Of a stretch of 20,000 nucleotides of DNA, positions 9,760 to 16,422 are shown one piece after another (within the stretch, counting starts at the first letter, position 1; each line of letters starts with the position of its first letter). Below the pieces are notes generated by a model. That model saw nothing but the letters and a program-made list of their open reading frames with translations. It was not told the DNA's origin and made no database searches. A program made the position numbers and the translations under genes. Source of the DNA: an uncultured virus (IMG/VR IMGVR_UViG_3300028804_000004) (Duplodnaviria > Heunggongvirae > Uroviricota > Caudoviricetes); IMG/VR virus record IMGVR_UViG_3300028804_000004, positions 54,779 to 74,778 of that record. The stretch is one strand, 5' to 3'.

Positions 9760-10685
9760 CTTGCTATCCTATCAGAAACAAGAATCCAGCTTTTACGCAA
9801 TACGTCTTCACTTACTGACTTTATCACATATAAAGAACTACCAGATACTATTCTACTTCCTTTAATAGGAGTAAACCCTACATGCTCCTTTCTAACTGAT
9901 AGTCGTAAGGAGCCTAGCAATTCTTCTCCAGAAGAAGACATAGTATCTAAAGACTGGAGTCTTATAGCGGAAAACCCATACGCTGTAGAACTTATATCTG
10001 GAACTGTTCCAGTAGAAGGGTCATACGCATATCCTCCAGGCAGATTAATTTCATAGTAAAAATTCTCAAATAACGCAGGGGAAGCCACGGCCCTAGAGGA
10101 AATAAACCCTGAGTCTCCGGCAATCTCTAATAGGCCGTAATACATTCCATTAAGTAGACAATAATCTCCATCAGCGACAACGGCTGAAGCAGAAAACGTC
10201 ATGTAAAACTGACCAGTCTCATCATCAGGGCGAAGTTCTTGTTTTGTTCCAGAACGTAATTCAGTGTCACAATACTCCTGCCCCTGGGATACTAGGGAAA
10301 CAAAGCCTAAGTCTAACCCTGACCCAGATACAGTCGGCCTAAATATTTCAGCCTTTCCTCCAGAAGGAGAATCACATCTCCTGCTAGCTACTAAGCATTG
10401 ATAAGTTTCTCCATGTTGAGAATCTTTTCTCTTTGTTGAGCTTAATATATAGACTGTGCCATCTTCAGCTAGTACAATATTACTTACCGGCAACTCTTGC
10501 GTAGGAGATAAGAACATATTACGCATACGAGTAGGGCGATGATAGATTGAGACAAACGTATCAACCGTTCCCAATCTACCTACAAACGGAAAATCGACTT
10601 GAGAGAGGAAAGTATCCGTTACTCGATCCCAAGCAGAGAAAGGGGCCTTGCCGTAGTATTCCGTGCAAGTAGACAGCCCAAGCAT
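9756..10685 (-). CDS. Probable head closure / head-tail joining protein (309 aa)
   Basis: Synteny after the adaptor gene. Beta-rich, with three stopper-like motifs (SNIVLAEDGTVYIL, DGDYCLLNGMYYGL, KGSRIVSGSSLYVIKSV). Confidence 0.55.
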   Translation of the reverse strand: MLGLSTCTEYYGKAPFSAWDRVTDTFLSQVDFPFVGRLGTVDTFVSIYHRPTRMRNMFLSPTQELPVSNIVLAEDGTVYILSSTKRKDSQHGETYQCLVASRRCDSPSGGKAEIFRPTVSGSGLDLGFVSLVSQGQEYCDTELRSGTKQELRPDDETGQFYMTFSASAVVADGDYCLLNGMYYGLLEIAGDSGFISSRAVASPALFENFYYEINLPGGYAYDPSTGTVPDISSTAYGFSAIRLQSLDTMSSSGEELLGSLRLSVRKEHVGFTPIKGSRIVSGSSLYVIKSVSEDVLRKSWILVSDRIAR

Positions 10686-11189
10686 TTAGGTCTCTTCCCC
10701 AGTAACCGGATCGTAGGATCGAGGTACAACTCCCAACAAATTAAATGTAGAAGATGTTATAGTTTCCCCTAAAGCTTTAAGAATAAAGGCTCTAAACTTG
10801 TCCATTTTAGCGAGAAGTATAGCTTCTAAGTCCTGGTAATCTATATTAGATTGCCTAGAGGAAGTATTACCGCCATCTCCAACAGACTTCAGAAATCTCA
10901 AAGATCCTAAACGAATAAAAGATAGCGCACAAAAACTAGATGAATATGCAACTAAAGCCTTGTAAACTCGCACATCATCTGGATCTGGGTTTACTCTAGC
11001 TGCATCAGCTATAATGTCAGCTACTTCTATGTCAGTAGGCAGCCAAGATAAAAGATCCAGCTCTAAATCTACTTCAACAGTAGAGTTAAGAATGTGCTCA
11101 TTAGGAAGCTCTATAGACAAGACACCAAGCTCTGCCCGTATCTGCTGATATTGACATAAGCTTAAAATTTGATCCGTATCATTCGCCAT
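10686..11189 (-). CDS. Probable head-tail adaptor (167 aa)
   Basis: Helical protein (YQQIRAELGV..ELPNEHI) with a KSVGDG hairpin-like motif and C-terminal YDPVTG. It is the first gene of the neck cluster. Confidence 0.6.
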   Translation of the reverse strand: MANDTDQILSLCQYQQIRAELGVLSIELPNEHILNSTVEVDLELDLLSWLPTDIEVADIIADAARVNPDPDDVRVYKALVAYSSSFCALSFIRLGSLRFLKSVGDGGNTSSRQSNIDYQDLEAILLAKMDKFRAFILKALGETITSSTFNLLGVVPRSYDPVTGEET

Positions 11190-11394
11190 TGTCTATACCC
11201 TGCACTAGATACGATTCTAATTGTTGCACTTTACATTGAAGAGAGATAACTTTAGCTTCTAAATTGGAAAGTCTATCCGCCTTCTCTTTTGTCTTGGAGT
11301 ATTCTAAAACCCATATAATTACGCAAAGCATAAATACTATAGCAGCTAATACTACTCCAACCCTATTTCTCCATCCTATAGAAGATACGTTCAC
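11179..11394 (-). CDS. Small membrane protein (N-terminal TM + coiled coil)
   Basis: GTG start; hydrophobic VGVVLAAIVFMLCVIIWVL followed by heptad LSNLEAKVISLQCKVQQLE. Fills the gap in the operon. Confidence 0.6.
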   Translation of the reverse strand: MNVSSIGWRNRVGVVLAAIVFMLCVIIWVLEYSKTKEKADRLSNLEAKVISLQCKVQQLESYLVQGIDNGE

Positions 11395-11401
11395 AGTTAC
11401 T

Positions 11402-11836
11402 CTAAATTAGCTTAGCCACTATCTTAAACAAAGCAGGGAACACATCATCTTTCCATCCTATCAAGATCACAGCAAAAACAATAGAGGCTGCTATGATAGA
11501 CCTGCTCATAACTCTCAAAGACAATGAAACGTCTGAAAATAGACGCTCTATTTTATAGAGCCTACCTCCTATAGAGGCTTCATTAGGCGTTGCATTAAGA
11601 GATTTTGGGTCTAAGCCTATGATATCTCTATGCAACTTAGCATGTAAAGCGCCTAAATGTCCATCCATTGTAGAAATTTCAGAACGTACCTCTACAGCTA
11701 AAGCCTCGTAATGTCTTACTAATTCATTATGCCGCCTATCAAACTCTAAATTAGCAGTAACTAGATTTGACAATTGCTCTTCCATTAAATCCACTCTCTC
11801 TACTAGAGTGGGAGGATGTGAGGGTCGTGCAGTCAT
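11402..11836 (-). CDS. Coiled-coil protein with C-terminal TM segment (possible holin-like)
   Basis: LVERVDLMEEQL heptads; hydrophobic IIAASIVFAVILIGW; ATGA overlap with the upstream gene. Confidence 0.6.
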   Translation of the reverse strand: MTARPSHPPTLVERVDLMEEQLSNLVTANLEFDRRHNELVRHYEALAVEVRSEISTMDGHLGALHAKLHRDIIGLDPKSLNATPNEASIGGRLYKIERLFSDVSLSLRVMSRSIIAASIVFAVILIGWKDDVFPALFKIVAKLI

Positions 11837-12168
11837 TGTTCATCAATAGGCACATAAAAAGACACCGTATCAGAATAGTATTCACCCATCCCATTATCTA
11901 AGTCAGTTACAAACGTAACTGACACCAATGGAGTTGACCCTTGCGACCCCCCAGATAACCACACAGTAACGGTATCTGCATCGTTTGTGACAGCAGAAAT
12001 AATTAACGATACGTCTCCAGTATGTCCAGCAGAAGCTCCAGTAATGGATGCTGAATCTGGTATATACCTTTTTCGACGTAAGTCTACCGTATAGGGCTTG
12101 TTTTCCGCCCGTGGATCTTTACTCCCTAGAACGGGAGGATCTTCTTTGTCAGGTGAATACAACAGCAT
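11833..12168 (-). CDS. Probable fibre adaptor protein (Ig-like, 111 aa)
   Basis: KDP..E.KPYTVD...TVTVWLSGG..G....VSVTFVT pattern, recalled from a widespread small phage fibre-adaptor family. Confidence 0.6.
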   Translation of the reverse strand: MLLYSPDKEDPPVLGSKDPRAENKPYTVDLRRKRYIPDSASITGASAGHTGDVSLIISAVTNDADTVTVWLSGGSQGSTPLVSVTFVTDLDNGMGEYYSDTVSFYVPIDEQ

Positions 12169-12180
12169 GGGATTGTACCC

Positions 12181-12546
12181 TTATGCTACATCTAGAACTT
12201 CATAGTCAAACGCAGGAACGGTTACTGTTCCTCCTGCCGTCAGAGTTTGCGCGGTGCAGGTAGTACACCCTAACAAAATGGTCCCATCGCATACAGCCAC
12301 ATGCGTCGCGGACCCGGAAAAGTCAATAGGAATATTACTCTGCTGAGATATCCTAGACTTACGCCCACTAACATCTCCGTCAGATTTAGTAAACGAACCT
12401 CCAGTCAACGTAACATCAGCTAGAGCGTATGTTGATACAGCCTCTGTTCTGCTGGTAGGCTGCGCCGAACAGACAGTCAAAATAGTACCAGTGCCCCACT
12501 TATCTAACGCAGCATCCATTACCGCATCATTCATGAACTTGCTCAT
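12181..12546 (-). CDS. Small fibre subunit-like structural protein (121 aa)
   Basis: AAGGTG SD. NDAVMDAALD...VCSAQPTS...DGDVSGRK...SGSATHVA...LTAGGTVTVPAFD is a pattern seen in small phage fibre proteins. Confidence 0.65.
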   Translation of the reverse strand: MSKFMNDAVMDAALDKWGTGTILTVCSAQPTSRTEAVSTYALADVTLTGGSFTKSDGDVSGRKSRISQQSNIPIDFSGSATHVAVCDGTILLGCTTCTAQTLTAGGTVTVPAFDYEVLDVA

Positions 12547-12557
12547 ATCAAGTCACC

Positions 12558-12779
12558 TTAAATGTTTAGATTTTGAATGCCAACTTGTTGCACGATATCA
12601 TTTACCTGCAAGGTACTGGCATGGATATCACGAGGTTTAGTTTCCACTTCCCCACTAACATCTTCAGCCCAACCGTGATTACAGAAGGTAGTTCCAGCAG
12701 TATCGTCAAGAACTCGAACTTCATCTTTAGTATAGACCTGCCCAAACCACTTAACGGTCTCTAGCATCTTAACGTTCAT
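12558..12779 (-). CDS. Hypothetical structural protein (73 aa) ending in one copy of the neighbouring gene's repeat
   Basis: Packed between neighbours with 6 and 11 bp gaps. C-terminal IHASTLQVNDIVQQVGIQNLNI matches the repeats of 12786-13919. Confidence 0.7.
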   Translation of the reverse strand: MNVKMLETVKWFGQVYTKDEVRVLDDTAGTTFCNHGWAEDVSGEVETKPRDIHASTLQVNDIVQQVGIQNLNI

Positions 12780-12785
12780 AACATA

Positions 12786-13919
12786 TCACCCAGCCTTAAT
12801 CACTACTCTATCAGGAGTAGGAATTACTCCATACTCTCTGACCTGCTTTACGCTAACCTCGATAGCTCCAGATTTAAGTACCACTCTCCACCGGCCCCCA
12901 GGGTCAGAGATAAAGTGGGTTTGAGCTTGAGATAGCCTCTGAACCTGAACCAAATCGGCTACAGATAGTATACTACCAAGAGACAATCCGAGCACGTCAA
13001 GAAAATGGCCTTGGAATATTTTATCTACTGACAAAGTAGACCTACCTATAATAGCAGGAGAATCTATAGTTTGAGCTTGCGAGATATTGCCTACTGTTAA
13101 AGCGTATTGAGTAGATACCTCTGAAGCCTCTAAAACAGTCTGAGACCTTAAGTCAGAGACATTGTTTAGATAGTTAGCCTGAGAAAGTTCTACTGTACTG
13201 ACAGCTTGAGAAGATGAAAGATCTTCTAAGCCGGTCAAAATATTAGACTGAACTAAATCTAAACTGTCCATTTGGGTGGACTGAGATAGGTCAGCTACTC
13301 CTGAAAGTATGTTAGCTTGAGTAACCGCAATAGCGTCAAGTTGAGAAGTTTGTACAATCTCATCTACTTCCAACGCTAAACCCAAACTAAGTTTTATAAG
13401 ATCCAAGTGCTGAGAAGAAGTAAGATCCTCAAGACCGCCTAAAATATTAGCTTGTACAAGAACTAGAGTGTCAAGTTGAGAAGAGCTTGATAGGTCCGCC
13501 ACACCGGCTAACGTGCTAGCTTGAACTAGATCTAATGCTCCATCTACGGTAGATGTCTGCGAGATGTCCCCAACCCCGCTTAATGTATTTGCTTGAGTTA
13601 GATTAGCAGTATCTATAGAAGTGGAGGATGTTAAATCCGCCACTGAAGATAGCACACGATTCTGAGTTAAACTAACTTCGTCAACAGTGGAGGATGACGC
13701 TAGATCTGCAACTACACTCAGAACATTTGCTTGAGTTACTTCTACTATATCTACAGACGTAGACTGAGAAAGGTCCGCCACTCCACTTAAAATATTGGCT
13801 TGAACTAAGCCCACAGTATCTAAAGAAGTATACTGTGAGATATCGTCAACCACTAAAACAACGTCTAATTCTAGTAGACGCTGTACAATGGAAAGTGGAT
13901 TGAAAGCAGAAGTAAACAT
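12786..13919 (-). CDS. Repeat protein (377 aa; 14 x 22-24 aa), putative fibre backbone
   Basis: Consensus about TQANILSGVADLSQSTxLDxxxL over aa 17-334, then a basic beta-rich C-terminal tail. TAATG coupling with the upstream gene. Confidence 0.8.
   Translation of the reverse strand: MFTSAFNPLSIVQRLLELDVVLVVDDISQYTSLDTVGLVQANILSGVADLSQSTSVDIVEVTQANVLSVVADLASSSTVDEVSLTQNRVLSSVADLTSSTSIDTANLTQANTLSGVGDISQTSTVDGALDLVQASTLAGVADLSSSSQLDTLVLVQANILGGLEDLTSSQHLDLIKLSLGLALEVDEIVQTSQLDAIAVTQANILSGVADLSQSTQMDSLDLVQSNILTGLEDLSSSQAVSTVELSQANYLNNVSDLRSQTVLEASEVSTQYALTVGNISQAQTIDSPAIIGRSTLSVDKIFQGHFLDVLGLSLGSILSVADLVQVQRLSQAQTHFISDPGGRWRVVLKSGAIEVSVKQVREYGVIPTPDRVVIKAG
12918..13871 (-). repeat. Degenerate 66-72 bp coding tandem repeat, 14 units
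   Basis: Counted from the translation. Recurring plus-strand words such as AATATTAGCTTG/ACATTTGCTTGAGT and AGGTCCGCCAC. Confidence 0.85.
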
Positions 13920-14791
13920 TACGCTGGGTCTACATCAGTAACCTTGCCTCCACTGATTGTAACAGAGGCGGTCCAGGAAGTAGTGGAATCGTCTGTTGCA
14001 TATACCGTCATAGTATATGGATTGCTAGAACCTGTAATAGTGACTTTATTACGTTGAGCGTATAAGGCTTGGGTAACTGACCTACCGCCATCAGACCCTC
14101 CGGCTACATTCCTGCCTAATAGTTTATCGGCAACAGCAGCTTTAGCAGAAGTAGAGACATTGCTTACTGATCCTGGAGATAGAATCCGTATATTATCTCC
14201 TGCCGCCATTGTGAAAATGCCAGGGTCAGCCGACAACGTTACAGTTTTAGTTGAACCTGTGTAGGCTGAAACATACCCGAAACACTTTTGCACTCCGCTA
14301 GCAATGTCACTTACTACGGCTAGACAGTCTACATACGCATTATTGTCTGCACTGCCAGCCGTTAAAGTAAAGCTCGTTTGGCTTGCAAGAGTAGCTATGG
14401 TAGTAGAGAGAAGCTCACCAGCTACCCGCCTATTTTCAATACTAAATATGGCAGCAATGAAGTTTACTGTAACTCCATCGGCAGTAATTGAAGAGATAAT
14501 TACCCAATAGTCTGCCCCTCCAGTATAAAACCCTGAAGTTGAATTGTCAGATGTATTTATAGAGAATCCATGAATGCCTGTTATCCCGTCAATGTCAGTA
14601 CCATCAGTATCTAACAAAGTGATTCCGTTCGCTGACGCCCTTTGCGTCATGTTGCCATTCTTATAGATGTTTACATCTGTAGTAGCAAATCCAGTCATCG
14701 TAATTGAAGACCCATCATCCTTGTCATAGGTCGCAAATGGGACATAGATCGTAGCCCCGATAGGAAAATCGCCTAGGTATGAAGCAGACAT
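13919..14791 (-). CDS. Putative virion fibre/appendage protein (290 aa)
   Basis: T/S/G-rich beta protein with an Ig-like N-domain (YLGDF..GATIYVPFATY...VNIYKNG), a middle GYVSAYTGSTKTVTL module and a C-terminal RNKVTI...TVYATDDSTT module. Confidence 0.65.
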   Translation of the reverse strand: MSASYLGDFPIGATIYVPFATYDKDDGSSITMTGFATTDVNIYKNGNMTQRASANGITLLDTDGTDIDGITGIHGFSINTSDNSTSGFYTGGADYWVIISSITADGVTVNFIAAIFSIENRRVAGELLSTTIATLASQTSFTLTAGSADNNAYVDCLAVVSDIASGVQKCFGYVSAYTGSTKTVTLSADPGIFTMAAGDNIRILSPGSVSNVSTSAKAAVADKLLGRNVAGGSDGGRSVTQALYAQRNKVTITGSSNPYTMTVYATDDSTTSWTASVTISGGKVTDVDPA

Positions 14792-14796
14792 TTGGG

Positions 14797-15129
14797 TTAC
14801 CTAAAGTCTACAGTAGGAAGATCCTCTCTAGCTTGCAATGCTTTCAGCAAAGGCATAGCAGCCGTAACGCATGTAGATACCTCTGCGTCAGTAGCACTCA
14901 ACTTCAGGACAGATAAGTCTGTTCCAGTCCCTATAGACAGATCGTAGACAATAGTTGCAGCAGTAACGACATTAAACTTTGTTCGCCCAGCGTAAACGCT
15001 CGCAAAGAACGTCATTGCAGCCGCATCAGTATTCCTATCCGCAAAAGCTTGAACCTGAATAGCCCTTTTTATCTGAAAAGCTAATCCTGATACGTTTTTA
15101 GAATCTCTTTGATATGCAGTAAGCGCCAT
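14797..15129 (-). CDS. Hypothetical protein (110 aa)
   Basis: Start re-assigned to ATG 15129 (GAGGA SD, 10 bp after the upstream stop), which removes the 80-bp overlap implied by the track. MALTAYQRDSKN... Confidence 0.7.
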   Translation of the reverse strand: MALTAYQRDSKNVSGLAFQIKRAIQVQAFADRNTDAAAMTFFASVYAGRTKFNVVTAATIVYDLSIGTGTDLSVLKLSATDAEVSTCVTAAMPLLKALQAREDLPTVDFR

Positions 15130-15139
15130 GCGCGTATCC

Positions 15140-15904
15140 TCAGTGTATGATTCGCCCGTGAGTAAGGCCGCTATTAATTTTACCGCCAATAATGAGACCT
15201 GCCGAAGCTGGAACCTCACTAAGTTCTATCCAAGACCCAGTCATATCGCATGAAAAAGTAACAGAGACATTAAATGTCTGGGTTCCAGTTCCAGTTACCA
15301 CTTTATATTGTGTAGATAACTTTACGCCTGAAACTTCAGTCCCAACTCCTATAGAAGTACGAGAACTCCAACTACCTCTCGCAGTGTCGGAGTCTGCGGC
15401 ATTTAAGTCATAATTACCTTCCATAAAGCAAACACAAAGAACAATATTGTTTGCTGTAATGCTTCCTGTGATTTCACTAAACATTGCATTAGTTGTTCCA
15501 TTACCATTCCCACTTGACGAATAGACTATCCTATATCCAGTTGTTGGAGTGACTTCATGCAGAACAACTACCTTAGCAGTAGTAGCGTCACCAAAATTTA
15601 CACTAATTGCCGTAGAGGTAGTTATCGTTCCAGCATCCATGCTAGTAGTGAATACTCCACCCTGAATGCCTTGATTTGCCGATTCAGGATCATACAGTGG
15701 ACTTTGATACTTTGTCCAAGTATTACCTAAAGAATCAGTAACCGAAGTTATATTATTTGATGCTCCGCCAGCAGCAGAGTTATCCGCCGCTACAAACATA
15801 ACTGCAAATGATCCAGCAGTAAAGTCAGAAGCAGGAGAAAAGGTAAATGCCGTCTCTGAAGACGTACCTCCATTACTGTATCTAACTGTTGCTGTAATAG
15901 CCAT
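15140..15904 (-). CDS. Putative adhesin / beta-sandwich receptor-binding protein (254 aa)
   Basis: S/T/G-rich with an ITSVTDSLGNTWT motif, two apparent beta-sandwich halves and a short C-terminal tail GLIIGGKINSGLTHGRIIH. Confidence 0.6.
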   Translation of the reverse strand: MAITATVRYSNGGTSSETAFTFSPASDFTAGSFAVMFVAADNSAAGGASNNITSVTDSLGNTWTKYQSPLYDPESANQGIQGGVFTTSMDAGTITTSTAISVNFGDATTAKVVVLHEVTPTTGYRIVYSSSGNGNGTTNAMFSEITGSITANNIVLCVCFMEGNYDLNAADSDTARGSWSSRTSIGVGTEVSGVKLSTQYKVVTGTGTQTFNVSVTFSCDMTGSWIELSEVPASAGLIIGGKINSGLTHGRIIH

Positions 15905-16018
15905 TATTAGAGCGTTATTTAAGCGATAGTATAGATAGAACTTACATTATAGTATTCATTGCCTGAAGCCGTAAACATTGGCACCGAATATCTGCCGTTA
16001 ATAGTCACCTGCTCTTCT

Positions 16019-16420
16019 CTATGACTCACCATCATCCGACGAAGGAAGCCAGCCTTTTGCAGCGCAAACTGCAAGCACCTGAGCAACATAATCCGACCCA
16101 GGGACAAGATCTGTTATATGAATTTGAAGTTTGCGGATAAGTCTTTTTGCTGCGCCATTCCCCTCAAGCGCCGCATTAAGCAACTGCGTTGTCACGGTAT
16201 TTCCTAGACACTTAAGTAAGCGCGCAAGAAGTCTGTTTTTCCGTATGAGTACATCAATAGGCAATCCCTGCATAGCCGCATCTTCATTGTCAAACCAATA
16301 CCACCCTTCTTGCGGGTAAGTGAAGTTATTTCTTGTGGCTGGCGTCAGCGTAATAGTGGAGCTTCTTACCGTCTGGCCCCAGAGCACTTCCCCTTTGTCA
16401 TCAACTTTGTAGAAAGCCAT
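16019..16420 (-). CDS. Hypothetical protein (133 aa), partner of the BspA-like protein
   Basis: Start re-assigned to ATG 16420, 2 bp after the upstream stop. AFYKVD...FTYPQEGWYWFDNEDAA N-terminal motif followed by a helical C-terminal part. Confidence 0.7.
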   Translation of the reverse strand: MAFYKVDDKGEVLWGQTVRSSTITLTPATRNNFTYPQEGWYWFDNEDAAMQGLPIDVLIRKNRLLARLLKCLGNTVTTQLLNAALEGNGAAKRLIRKLQIHITDLVPGSDYVAQVLAVCAAKGWLPSSDDGES

Positions 16421-16422
16421 AT

